Source: an uncultured Acidobacteriota bacterium (lineage in GTDB: Bacteria; Acidobacteriota; Blastocatellia; RBC074). Taken from it: a stretch of 64,000 bases of DNA. Location of the stretch: NCBI GenBank assembly GCA_963796275.1, contig CAWCKY010000006.1:2048001-2112000 (forward strand), written 5' to 3'. Shown piece after piece: positions 1 through 13,754 of this stretch. The position numbers and the translations under genes were made by a program. The notes under the pieces were generated by a model that was given only the letters and a program-made list of their open reading frames with translations, did not search any database and was not told where the DNA came from. The stretch's first letter is position 1; every line of letters begins with the position of its first letter.

Positions 1-42
1 CCGGAAAAAATAGTCAGTCAGACTTGCGCTGCTTCGATTCAT
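1..42 (-). CDS. 5' end of a gene running off the window (MNRSSASLTDYFFR...)
   Basis: ATG at 42 preceded by a GAGGTGA Shine-Dalgarno; frame open to the window edge; sigma70-like promoter upstream. Confidence 0.55.
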   Translation of the reverse strand, partial: MNRSSASLTDYFFR

Positions 43-168
43 GTATCACCTCAAAACCATTGAAGTAGAAATCTTTGATGCTCGTCCCAGCAACGCCTTA
101 TAACGAAGTGAACCGACTCGTTCTGTAATGGAAGCCTCAGATTATTGTTTGACTTGTCGGATGCGCGG

Positions 169-197
169 ATTATCGGGATGGCTTAACCGGGTGTCAA
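169..197 (-). promoter_or_regulatory. sigma70-type promoter
   Basis: TTGACA-17 nt-GATAAT on the minus strand, pointing at the gene that starts at 42. Confidence 0.55.
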
Positions 198-241
198 CTG
201 AATATGATCGAAAAAGGCGAATGACAACCTGTTGACTTATT

Positions 242-288
242 TATCGACATTCAGTTTGTTCGTTAAATGACCAAACTGAATGTCAATA
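242..288. repeat. 47-bp near-perfect palindrome (TATTGACATTCAG-ended element, empty form)
   Basis: tatcgacattcagtttg ... caaactgaatgtcaata, 16/17 inverted match; the same end sequence recurs at 59454-59481. Confidence 0.75.
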
Positions 289-313
289 GCAACAGGGAAT
301 TGACTCCGGATTC

Positions 314-1891
314 TTATTGAATCCAGATGGAGGATGAAAGCGCCTCGTCGTTACGACCGTTGCCGTCCTGGTCGTCGTTTTCTTTGACCATTACATAGTA
401 ATATGCACTCCCGGTGGTATTATCCGTGAACGCCGTAGTAATAGAATTTCCAGATACCAGATTCACAGCTATGAGGGTCCCGTTTCGATATAGCCTGACC
501 TCGCTAAAGGTGTCTCCGCTCTCGTCACGCGCGGTGACGGTGAAATTCCGCGGAACCGCGGTTAACTGGGAGCCCATCGGATAGCCGGAACAGCGGAAAT
601 CGAGGTAAAGATCCTTATCCTCAGTGGCATAAAACCTTCTGGCGCGGTAAGCGGCAATGACATCTTCGCGCGTTAAACTCTTGGCTAACACGCCAGTACG
701 GTAATCGCTGGTGGTGCCCCACCCCCGCTCGTGATTGTCACCCGCGCCTAACGCGCCAAAGAACCACCCCTTCTGGTTTCCAGTGTCCAAATAGCTACCG
801 TTACTGGACGACCAGGTATTCTGATAATAGTGCTCATCGAAATTACCGGCTCCATTCCAGGTTTCAACCCCTACCATTTGCGTAATTACAGCGGTGTCTG
901 TGATGTCGAAATGTAAGAACTCCACTCCCAGAGCATCATATTTGCCGGGGTGGTTGAAGGTTCCGAATCCAGCCGGACGAACATTCAACCAATTATACAA
1001 ATCTCCGATCCCGATACTCGTAATAAAACTGGTGAAATCATTGGTGTTGAGCACGCTCATGTGCCCGGTAATAAAATTGGAATACTCAAAACCCCAAAGA
1101 GTAACATAAGAACCAGGTTGATAATTGGCATTTGCTGCCTCCTTGATCCGATTCCACTCATTATTCCAGGGCCACGTCGAGATCAACTCCCCATGGTCTG
1201 TTACAGCAAAGATATCCATATCAGCGACGTCACGAGCATACTGATAGGCTTCCTCGGGAGTCCCCTCACCATCCGAAAGTCCCGTGTGGGAATGTAGAAA
1301 ACCGAAATAGGTATTGTATGTCTCATTGGGTATTGCAGAGCTGGCGCTGAGAGCGGGATAAGGCGCTTTTGGCAACGGATTTAAGACATCTGGGGGCAGT
1401 GTGGGGCTGGTAGTTTGCCTGGCTTTGATCACTTCCTGATAAGACTCGAACATCTCCTGCCGAGTGATATTCGCTAATGACTGAGCGGATATTCGTATCG
1501 AGGCTGTGTTTTTCAGGCTACCCACCGGATCGGATTTCAGTAACCTGCGACATTCCTCCCAGCTAATCTGGTTATCGTCCCCCGCAAGCAACGATGCCAG
1601 CAGCACGCTCCTCTTCGTCCGATGCTCGGTGTGTAGATGCTTGAGTGAATAAAACTCATAGGGGAGTGGGATGCGGCCCTTAATCAACTTAGATGCGTTG
1701 ACAATGTACTCGTCGGTTGAGACGAGGTCGGCGAAGGCGTCCGAATCGACCTGTTGTAAGATATCTTCGACTTGCCGTCGCAGCTGGAACTGATCCACGG
1801 GTGCACTCGCCTCCTGCTGGCCGTAAGTGTAGGGGACAAGCATGAGGGCACATAAACTCATGACCACCAGAAGACGGTGTTTATCGTGCAT
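314..1891 (-). CDS. Secreted PHP-domain (CehA/McbA-like) metallohydrolase
   Basis: Signal peptide; LHSHTGLSDG, AVTDH, GFEY, NHP and GDNH metal-binding motifs; AGGAGA RBS before the ATG at 1891. Confidence 0.85.
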   Translation of the reverse strand: MHDKHRLLVVMSLCALMLVPYTYGQQEASAPVDQFQLRRQVEDILQQVDSDAFADLVSTDEYIVNASKLIKGRIPLPYEFYSLKHLHTEHRTKRSVLLASLLAGDDNQISWEECRRLLKSDPVGSLKNTASIRISAQSLANITRQEMFESYQEVIKARQTTSPTLPPDVLNPLPKAPYPALSASSAIPNETYNTYFGFLHSHTGLSDGEGTPEEAYQYARDVADMDIFAVTDHGELISTWPWNNEWNRIKEAANANYQPGSYVTLWGFEYSNFITGHMSVLNTNDFTSFITSIGIGDLYNWLNVRPAGFGTFNHPGKYDALGVEFLHFDITDTAVITQMVGVETWNGAGNFDEHYYQNTWSSSNGSYLDTGNQKGWFFGALGAGDNHERGWGTTSDYRTGVLAKSLTREDVIAAYRARRFYATEDKDLYLDFRCSGYPMGSQLTAVPRNFTVTARDESGDTFSEVRLYRNGTLIAVNLVSGNSITTAFTDNTTGSAYYYVMVKENDDQDGNGRNDEALSSSIWIQ

Positions 1892-2318
1892 ATCTGTTCT
1901 CCTTACTTTGAGTTGGAACGCTCTGTTAGTGAGACTGCGCGCACCGGCTCGATACCCGAAGATCGTCTTGAGGCGGAAATAGCTGCCTTCGATAAGATGC
2001 ACCGGTGACAGTGATATCCACACTTCCGCATTAAATACATGGAACCTGTGAAAGCTAAGGTCCTTTGTCTGTAGAAGATGATGAAGACGTAAATACCTGA
2101 GGATTATACGTTCAGAAACATTTTATGTCCTAAAGTTCGCTATAATTCCTCGTCAAATTTTACTTAGATGATCATAGTTGTTAATTTAACTTTTTCTTAA
2201 TACCTTTAAGAGCGAATCTTTAAACCTTCTTACTAAACTCTCTCTTACTCGCACTATTTCCGGTTCACTTTTGGTGAATCCTATCTTCTCTTCTTTTTTG
2301 ATGGAGACTGAGGTCACA

Positions 2319-5732
<3,414 letters not shown>

Positions 5733-5790
5733 AGGGAAGGTAATCCTATTTTTCGATAACGAAAGTGAATAAGCATATATCGGGATGGCA

Positions 5791-6088
5791 GAGCCTTTTG
5801 AGTGCGGTTGCTTGCGATACTACTGGCAAACTCTCCGGCGCCGGAGGCGCGGCGGAATGTAGCCGGTGGTGGAGCGCAGCGTAACCACCGGAACAGATCA
5901 ATGAGATTTTCGCGTCCCGGAGGGACGCTGGAATCCTGCGCCCTTTCAGGGCGCGACTCATTTCCGGCACGCTACCGGTGGTTACGCTGCGCTCCACCAC
6001 CGGCTAATTTCCAATGGCCCCTTCAGGGCTCTTATGATATCGCGGAGTTTGCCAGTAGTATCGCGAGCAACCGCACTCCAAAGTGCTC
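5791..6088. mobile_element. Nested palindromic REP/MITE-like element
   Basis: Outer 34-bp inverted repeat (5800-5833 / 6045-6078, 1 mismatch) enclosing a perfect 32-bp inverted repeat (5860-5891 / 5975-6006) with a GTAG foot. Confidence 0.75.
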
Positions 6089-6510
6089 CGCAATCCTCAA
6101 ACTTACATATTCATCTGAAATCCGCAGTAGGTATGATCAGCCACACACGCAACCGTTCGACCCTCAACCGTGCGGCAACTCCTGGAAGGTATGCGCTTCA
6201 CGAAATATCCTGATCAATTGATTGATTGCTGGTGAAGGCGCATTATAGCTGAGCCATATTGGCCATTGGCCAATATCTAAAAAGCACATCTAAGAATGGG
6301 TTACATTTGGAGGTACAGGCCGCCTGCTTACGCGTCTGGTGCTGTGCCATGGCGCCGTGATAAAACGGCTCTATACATTGAACTGAATAACGATTTAGAT
6401 GCATTCGTTCAGTGATAAACATTCGGCCTGCGTCTGTAGGCAGGAGCAAAGTGATATGGTCACTATTGATCTGCATTTAAACGAAATCCCGACCATCAAC
6501 GAAAAAGGAC

Positions 6511-9500
6511 ATGGCTATGAAGAGAGATGACAGGCAAATGCACCTTACAAGCGCTCAACATCTGAGTTTTCCGCTTTCGCTGCGTTCGATCAGCACAGTT
6601 ACAGGCAGCTTGACGCGCCTGGCGATGGCAGCGATATGTATCGGCATAATATTGCTGGTTGGGCATTGGACCGGCTATGCGCAACAAACTTCGGCGACGC
6701 TTGTCGGTACGCTCACGGATGCCAATGGCGCGGTCGTCACGAATGCGCAGATCAAAGTGACCAACCTGGCAACAGGCTCGGTGCGCGAGGCGGTCTCTGA
6801 CGGAAATGGTAATTACTCGTTCTCATTCCTGCCGGCGGGTGATTATGAACTGACACTTACCGCAACTGGATACAAGACCAAGAAGATCGAGCGGCTGACT
6901 TTGCAGGTTTCGCAAACCTTGCGGCAAGACTTTTCGATGGAGATCGGCGCAGTGAGCGAGACGGTGAACATCACGGCGGCCGGCGTCCAGTTGCAGACGG
7001 AGAACTCGACCGTCGGCACGGTCATAGACTCGGAGAAGATCGTCGAGCTCCCGCTGAACGGGCGGAACTTTGTACAGCTGGCGCAATTGATTCCCGGCGT
7101 ACAGTCCGGCACGCCGGGTTCAATCACGGCGCGACGAGGGCGCGGATCGATCGGCCAGTCGGATGCCGCATTCGCTTCGACTGCAATGTCAGCCAATGGC
7201 TCGCGCGACACAGCTAACCGATTTTTCATTGACGGCATCGAAGCGATGGATCACGATGCCGAAACCTTTTCGTTCTCACCTTCGATCGACTCGCTCGCGG
7301 AGTTCAAAGTCGAAACCAGCACCTACTCGGCCGAGAGCGGCGGCGCGCCGGGCGGGCAGGTCAACATCGTGACCAAACGCGGAGGCAATCGGTATCACGG
7401 CACGCTCTGGGAGTTCAATCGCAACGATGCGTTGACGCAGAGTTACGATGCGATAGCAGAGAAGTCAGTAGACCCGCCGCGCCTGAACCGCAATCAGTTC
7501 GGGGCTAATTTAGGCGGGCCGGTCAAGCTGCCGCGTTTTGGCGAAGGCGGTCCGGTGTTTTACGATGGCAAAGATAAAACATTCTTCTTCTTTAACTGGG
7601 AAAGAGGGCGATTGGCGCAAGGGGCGGTGCCGAGTTTACGCCGCGTGCCTACAGAAGCGATGCGCAATGGCGATTTCAGAAACCTGGTTGGTAATGATAG
7701 TAAACCGATTACATTGCTGGATCCATTGGGCGTCGGCATTGTCGACAACATCATCCCGCGCAGCGCGCTCAGTCCGCAAATTCAAACCTTCTTGCAATTT
7801 GTGCCGCTGCCCAATACTTCGGCCGGAGCTCTCAACTTCCTTAATACTCCACAGAGCGCTGTCTCGCGGCAGGACAATTACACTGCGCGCGTGGATCACA
7901 GTTTCTCCCCGAAAGACGTCATCTCAGGCCGCTACATTTTCAACGATACGTATGAAGCCGGAATCCCGTACTGGGGGCATGATGAGCGCAATAACCTCGG
8001 CCGTTCGCAGAACGTCTCATCGTCGTGGACGCATACCTTCGGCGCTGCGCTCGTCAACGAGTTGCGCGGCGGCTGGCATAAGTTCAGCGAGTTCGAGATA
8101 TTCGGTACGACTGACGACCCCGATTTCGACGTCGCAGGGATGATGGGTTTGCCCGGCATCGCGCGCGAGCCGGTGCATTATGGGCCGCCCAGCATCTCGA
8201 TCAGCGGGGATGATGGTGTCTGGAACGTTTACGATCTCCAGCGACAGATCGGGCCTCGTGATCGATCCAATCAAATCTATCAATTCGTGGACACGCTGTC
8301 CTGGCAGCGAGGCAAGCATTTTCTGAAGCTGGGTGCAGATATCGAATTGCGCAACATCACTTTTGATCAATCGCGCGATCCGCGCGGCAGCATCGGGTTT
8401 GATGACACATACACGGGCAGCGCGCTCGCCGATTTCATGCTCGGTTATGTCAAGACCAGCCGCTTAAACCCCGTCTTTACGCACACGGACTTGTGGAACT
8501 GGTGGTACTCATCCTTCGTTAACGATGACTTTAAGATCAAACCAAACCTGACGATCAATATGGGCTTGCGGTACGATTACTTCCAGCGTCCGATGCAGTC
8601 TGATGACCTCTACGCAAATATCGAAGTCAACGGCTTGATCCCGGCGGCGACGACTTTCCCGAATACGTCGCGTTTCGGCAGATCGCTGATTGAACGAGAC
8701 GCAAACAATTTCGGGCCGCGTATCGGCTTCGCTTGGTCGCCCGGCTTCGTCAATGATGCTGTAGTCCGCGGCGGATACGGGATCTACTACACGCCGGAGA
8801 TTTACAACGCCTACTTTGCTATGGCAGAAGGGGCGCAGGCAACGGGGGGCGCGTCGCTGACCGGTAATCCTTCAGGGGCTCCGAATATCTTTATGACAAA
8901 TCCGTATGGGACTTCCATCGCGGGAGCGTTGAGCTTCACGGTCGCCAACGACCAGAACATGCGTGATAGCTATATTCAACAGTGGAACCTGAACATTCAG
9001 AAGAAACTGCCGGGCAGTATCGTGTTTGATGTCGGTTATGTCGGTTCGAAGGGCACAGGGCTGATCGTGACACTACCGGGGAACCAGCCGATTCAATTGA
9101 TTGACCCGCGTCCCACAGGACTACCTCCGCTCGATAGCCGTCGTCCGAACACGGCGTATCCGCGCCAGATGAGCATTGATAAATCTATCGGTAACTCGAT
9201 CTATCACGCACTGCAGGTCAAAGCTGAGCGACGGATGGTGACGGGACTGACCTTCCTGACGGCCTACACGTGGTCAAAAGCGATTACAGGCCCGGCGGAT
9301 ATCGGAGGCCAGGTGGGCGGTGGGTTCTTTATCGGCGGTGTTCAGGACATTTACAATTTGGCCGCCGAACGAAGCATCTCCGGCTTCGATCTGACGCATC
9401 GCTTTGTGCAAACGGTCATCTATGATGTCCCATTCTTCCGCAATACAAATGGCGCGGCGCGTTTTCTGCTCGATGGGTGGCAGGCTTCGACGATTATAAC

Positions 9501-9933
9501 TTTGCAGAGCGGTTTTCCCGCGGCGATCACCGACACCGAAGACACGACTGGCGTTGGCAGGGCTTCTCGCCCCGATATGGTTGCGGGGCAAAGCGGCAAC
9601 CTGTCAAAGAGCGAACGTACGTGGCAACAATGGTTCAACACTTCTGCCTTTGTGCGGGCGCCATACGGTCGTTTCGGCAATTCACCGCGCACAGGTGCGA
9701 TCAGGTTGCCTGGCTTCGTCAACACCGATTTTTCGGTCAACAAACGCTTCAGGATCGGCGAGTCGCGTTCGTTCGAATTCCGCGCCGAGATTTTCAACCT
9801 CTTCAACCATTTCAACCCCGACCCGCAAACGGTCGATCTCAATCTAAATTCGCTTACATTCGGCAGCGTCGGTGGTGGCGTGCGGGGTGTAACGACTCGC
9901 ATCATCCAGTTGGGCGCAAAATTCTATTTCTGA
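6511..9933 (+). CDS. TonB-dependent receptor (Oar-like)
   Basis: LPLNGRNF plug motif; NMGLRYDY; NNFGPRIGFAW; C-terminal QLGAKFYF; exact start codon uncertain. Confidence 0.95.
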   Translation: MAMKRDDRQMHLTSAQHLSFPLSLRSISTVTGSLTRLAMAAICIGIILLVGHWTGYAQQTSATLVGTLTDANGAVVTNAQIKVTNLATGSVREAVSDGNGNYSFSFLPAGDYELTLTATGYKTKKIERLTLQVSQTLRQDFSMEIGAVSETVNITAAGVQLQTENSTVGTVIDSEKIVELPLNGRNFVQLAQLIPGVQSGTPGSITARRGRGSIGQSDAAFASTAMSANGSRDTANRFFIDGIEAMDHDAETFSFSPSIDSLAEFKVETSTYSAESGGAPGGQVNIVTKRGGNRYHGTLWEFNRNDALTQSYDAIAEKSVDPPRLNRNQFGANLGGPVKLPRFGEGGPVFYDGKDKTFFFFNWERGRLAQGAVPSLRRVPTEAMRNGDFRNLVGNDSKPITLLDPLGVGIVDNIIPRSALSPQIQTFLQFVPLPNTSAGALNFLNTPQSAVSRQDNYTARVDHSFSPKDVISGRYIFNDTYEAGIPYWGHDERNNLGRSQNVSSSWTHTFGAALVNELRGGWHKFSEFEIFGTTDDPDFDVAGMMGLPGIAREPVHYGPPSISISGDDGVWNVYDLQRQIGPRDRSNQIYQFVDTLSWQRGKHFLKLGADIELRNITFDQSRDPRGSIGFDDTYTGSALADFMLGYVKTSRLNPVFTHTDLWNWWYSSFVNDDFKIKPNLTINMGLRYDYFQRPMQSDDLYANIEVNGLIPAATTFPNTSRFGRSLIERDANNFGPRIGFAWSPGFVNDAVVRGGYGIYYTPEIYNAYFAMAEGAQATGGASLTGNPSGAPNIFMTNPYGTSIAGALSFTVANDQNMRDSYIQQWNLNIQKKLPGSIVFDVGYVGSKGTGLIVTLPGNQPIQLIDPRPTGLPPLDSRRPNTAYPRQMSIDKSIGNSIYHALQVKAERRMVTGLTFLTAYTWSKAITGPADIGGQVGGGFFIGGVQDIYNLAAERSISGFDLTHRFVQTVIYDVPFFRNTNGAARFLLDGWQASTIITLQSGFPAAITDTEDTTGVGRASRPDMVAGQSGNLSKSERTWQQWFNTSAFVRAPYGRFGNSPRTGAIRLPGFVNTDFSVNKRFRIGESRSFEFRAEIFNLFNHFNPDPQTVDLNLNSLTFGSVGGGVRGVTTRIIQLGAKFYF

Positions 9934-10058
9934 GGCATGTGACGTGCAATATCGCGCCAGGCGTTTCTCTATCCAGCCATCGCGATCAAGACAAACTATA
10001 TTTATTAGTGCCGTCCAAAAGCCGATTCAATGTACTGTTGCCGGTTTCACTAAGAGAC

Positions 10059-10074
10059 TGTGAGAAATGTCACT
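10059..10074. promoter_or_regulatory. CRP/FNR-family-like binding site
   Basis: TGTGA-N6-TCACT, a 9/10 match to TGTGA-N6-TCACA, about 125 bp upstream of the orphan ORF. Confidence 0.45.
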
Positions 10075-10197
10075 TCGCCGTCAAATTGCCATATTTCCGT
10101 GACACATACTCTCCTTGATTAGCACCTCAAATCGGGAGGGAGAAGGAGCAGAGAGAGAAGGTTACTGGCTACAAATAAATTGAAAAGGATGATTACA

Positions 10198-10602
10198 ATG
10201 TTCCAGAGCTTCAATAATACCGGTCGCAAGCAACAAGCAAACACGAATCCTGTGGTCAATGAACTATCGGTTAAACTGAGAATGCCTGCCTGCTATCGAG
10301 GCAAGGCTGTCCCGACAAGCATTGTTGTGATGGAGCTTTTGTGGCAACAGTATGGCCTGGATTTGATCCACCCTGAGGTTAGCCGATGGCTGGAGAAGAA
10401 TGCGCCCGATGTCAAAAATATGGCAGCCAGGAACCAGTTCGCGCGTCTCGGTACGGAGGTCAACGCCGGACCAACAGGGATTATCGAGATGCACCTCCCA
10501 TTGAAGCTCGATGACAGATTGAGAGAGGTCTCATCCCAGTACATTTTGAGTCAGGTTCAGCACTCAATGGATCCAGAGACGGACCTCCAGTTGGCCGCAT
10601 AG
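10198..10602 (+). CDS. Hypothetical protein ending in ...DLQLAA
   Basis: AAGGA RBS; protein-like composition; fills the gap between genes; no family recognised. Confidence 0.65.
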   Translation: MFQSFNNTGRKQQANTNPVVNELSVKLRMPACYRGKAVPTSIVVMELLWQQYGLDLIHPEVSRWLEKNAPDVKNMAARNQFARLGTEVNAGPTGIIEMHLPLKLDDRLREVSSQYILSQVQHSMDPETDLQLAA

Positions 10603-10685
10603 ACCCGCAACTCTTTATATCTTTGGTATTCGGTATTCAACTCAAGTGTTCTTCCGTCTATTTGTTATCGAACAGTAGAGTTGGT

Positions 10686-11036
10686 TTAGCACGTAACGTG
10701 CAGGATGGCATTTGTATCTTCAGGGTCATCTTCCAGGGCTTCGATTGCTTCTGCCGTCGGCAAGACCAGCAGTTTGATCCTGCGCCGCAGCGCCTCGCGC
10801 TCCACCTCATCCATCACCGGCAACCCGCCATATGACCCGGTCCCGACTACCAGTCGGCGACATTTCCACGGAATCTTCTCTTCAACGGATAGCGGTGTGT
10901 GACCGAACTCATCTCGGAATTTTTTAGAGGCTTTTTTCTGGCGCTTACCCACCTCCCCACGATCAATTATTACATCGTGTTCATAAGTAGTACCGTCAAT
11001 TCGTATTGCTCCGAATGAGAATTTTTCGAACTTCAT
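10686..11036 (-). CDS. Mth938-like (DUF498) domain protein
   Basis: FGAIRIDGTTYEHD, LVVGTG, LPTAEAI and C-terminal AILHVTC. Confidence 0.85.
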   Translation of the reverse strand: MKFEKFSFGAIRIDGTTYEHDVIIDRGEVGKRQKKASKKFRDEFGHTPLSVEEKIPWKCRRLVVGTGSYGGLPVMDEVEREALRRRIKLLVLPTAEAIEALEDDPEDTNAILHVTC

Positions 11037-11276
11037 ATGCACCCCCAGTTGATATGTAGCCCCAGTCGATATGTAGAATGATACGTCCCGAGATTCTTGA
11101 TCTTCAAGGGAGCATACGTTTCATAGTTTTTAAGCTAGTCCGTTCTAACGGTTGTGGGATAGAAACAAAAAATGCAAAAAGGGCAAAAGTGGAAATTTCC
11201 AAGCCTATCGGCTTTTTTCCTCTATTGCCCTTTTTGTCTTTTATAAATAAATTATTAGTGAGCTTCCTCACGCCAC

Positions 11277-12542
11277 TTATTTCAATTCTCGGCGCAATAC
11301 TTGATAAGCAGCCTGGGCCATCGCTTCGTAACCCGCATCGCTCGGGTGCAGATTATCGCCGCTATTGAATGCCGGAAGAAAGAAGGCCGGGTTGCTCGGA
11401 TCGAGAGTGGCGGCATCGAAATCTATCACCGCATCGTATTCTCCGCTGGTTCGCATCCAATTATTGATCGCCTGGCGATTCGCCTCGCGAGTTCCGGCTG
11501 ATCCAGCCGGGGTGAGAGTGCCGCCATAAATCCTAAGACCCTGCGCGTGTGCCCGAAGAATGAGCTGCCGGTGTCCGGCGATCACCCGGTCAGCGACCAA
11601 CTCGGTATTCGATGAATCGTTGATCCCGATGAGCACGACGACATGTGTAGCTCCGGGCTGGGAGAGCACATCGCGGTCAAACCGTGATTGGACGTTCGGC
11701 CCGCCGGTTATACTGTCATTGAGCACGCGATTACCGGAGATGCCCTGGTTGAGCACGGCCATTCTGAGTCTTCCATGAGAGGCGGAGAGAAGCCGCGCCA
11801 GATGATTGGGGTAGCGATTGTTGGTGTCGGGCGTTGATGCCGTTCCGTCAGTGATTGAATCGCCGAAGCATACCACGACACCGGTTTCCTCGTGCGCGCG
11901 AACTTCCACGCTTTTCAAGAAAAAATAGTTCCTTGATGTGGCTCCGGCAGGCAACAGCGGCTCTCCTACGTAATTACCGGCGGGCGAGATGTATGTCGTC
12001 CTGAGACCGACGCGGTGCCAGGTAACCGGACCTGTGCTTTCGGGCATATAAATGTCGACCGCCAGTTCGCTCGTCGCCGGAACCTGCAATTGCACGGGAT
12101 CGCTCACAACCTGTGCATTCGGGACGATCGTGACGGATGATTGTCCACCGAATGTCAGGGTGCGTCCGCTCCCCGATCTGATAGAGCCGTTCTGATCGGC
12201 GATCGCCACCTGTGCCGCGCCGATGTTCAGCGGTTGAGCGCTGAATTCATTGGTAAACCGTACCCTCACGGTATCCCCGCCAAGGCTGGTAAAAATGATC
12301 TGCCGCAATGTCTGATTGGTGAATCCGGTTGTCGGTAATGTTGTTGTATCTGGTGCCTGTGGGCTCGCAGCCCATGTTCCGATCCAAGACCGGTTACGAT
12401 GCGGATGTCCGTGACTGCCATTTCTGGCGCTCAGGGCCGAAGGCGTGATAACGGCGAACGCCGCTGCGGCAAGGACGATTGCAACCGCGATGCCTCGGAA
12501 ACTGCGCAAAGAAATTGACTGCGATCTTTTCACAAACGACAT
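11277..12542 (-). CDS. Secreted SGNH/GDSL esterase
   Basis: WIGTWAASP; FGDSITDG; NQGISGN; GIND; DNLHP; GGAGG RBS. Confidence 0.92.
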   Translation of the reverse strand: MSFVKRSQSISLRSFRGIAVAIVLAAAAFAVITPSALSARNGSHGHPHRNRSWIGTWAASPQAPDTTTLPTTGFTNQTLRQIIFTSLGGDTVRVRFTNEFSAQPLNIGAAQVAIADQNGSIRSGSGRTLTFGGQSSVTIVPNAQVVSDPVQLQVPATSELAVDIYMPESTGPVTWHRVGLRTTYISPAGNYVGEPLLPAGATSRNYFFLKSVEVRAHEETGVVVCFGDSITDGTASTPDTNNRYPNHLARLLSASHGRLRMAVLNQGISGNRVLNDSITGGPNVQSRFDRDVLSQPGATHVVVLIGINDSSNTELVADRVIAGHRQLILRAHAQGLRIYGGTLTPAGSAGTREANRQAINNWMRTSGEYDAVIDFDAATLDPSNPAFFLPAFNSGDNLHPSDAGYEAMAQAAYQVLRRELK

Positions 12543-13218
12543 ATCAGGTCCTCCTAAGATTGGATCTCCGGATTTCTGAGATCGATTTGTTGTGATAACT
12601 GGGACCGGCCAACTGACAGTACCGATCACTGTAAATTTTGTTTAGTAAGGTGTGCCTCGGTAAGCGAAGATTCCGGGATTGACTGAGCCGGCTATTGGTT
12701 CGTAACCGACGTCAACGGAATGGAGTTCGTAATCGCTCTTGCAGATGGGGAGGAGGCTGGCAGTTTGGTTCGCGCTACGGAAATGCTCGATGTCCTTGAT
12801 ACGCGTGAGGTTGTGAAGTCGTTGACCGGCTTGTATCATCTCCGCGATGATTAGGAGCAGGGGAAGGGAAGCGAATTGTAAATCGGGATATTGGATTGCT
12901 GAGAGGAGCCGCCATTGCCCGGATACAGCGGCGGATGAACGATTATTGAGCAGATGACAACTCGATGCGGTAAACATATAGACTCCTTTGTCAGAGCGGT
13001 TTTAGTTAACCCACATTGGAATTGCGACCGTTCGTTAACCGTAGATGACCGATGATTTGTCATCTATGGTAGGGAGATGTTCACCGGTTACCCTGCATTC
13101 ATGCACCCACCAGCCTGCCGGATTGTATGTTTTTTTCTGAATGCCAGCTTCGACCAGAATCGTTCAGGTTTGAACCGATTGTCAAGAGTTATTCAAGAGT
13201 TATTGTGAAACCCTTTGA

Positions 13219-13378
13219 TTGGAGTTTCACCTTCAGGCGGCCAGAAATCACGTGCGGAAGGGAAGACCGCGTAAACGCGGAACTCCAAGCGAATTCTCAA
13301 ACGCGATGTTCGGAGTTCCGCCTTCAGGCGGTCAGAAATCACGTGCGAAAAGAAGACCGCGTAAACGCGGAATTCCAA
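13219..13378. repeat. Two-unit BIME-like REP cluster (same family as the 61.5-kb array, opposite orientation)
   Basis: GGAGTTCCGCCTTCAGGCGG and CCGCGTAAACGCGGAACTCC arms with linker gcgaattctcaaacgcgatgt. Confidence 0.85.
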
Positions 13379-13754
13379 GCCATACGGCATGACTCTCATT
13401 AGTGATGCTTTACGGAGATATTATCTCAGGCTCATTAAGAATGAGTTGAATTCCAATCTCTAAGGGTAAATTAAAAAGTGTGGGTTTATTTTCTTTCTCT
13501 ATATCATTTTCATCAGATTGGCTAGAATTCTGAAAATTGCAGAATCAGGCAGACAGGCAATCGGAACAGGAAGAGAGAGACGGGACAAACGAAATAAGCG
13601 AAACGAACAGAAAGGCCCCTTTCTAGACTGTTTCGTTTATTTCGCCTGTTTCGTTCCTCACATCCGAGCGACAAGAAACAGCCCATGATTAAAAGGTGGG
13701 GCTGCACAGATCCAGGAAGCTCATAAAAGATAAAGCATAAGAGGAACGAAACAC

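Noticed and set aside
5802-6221. 139-aa ORF between two TBDR genes
   Set aside because: Runs through the palindromic element; composition is not protein-like
12642-12977. 111-aa ORF upstream of the SGNH gene
   Set aside because: No recognisable motif or convincing start; cannot be supported
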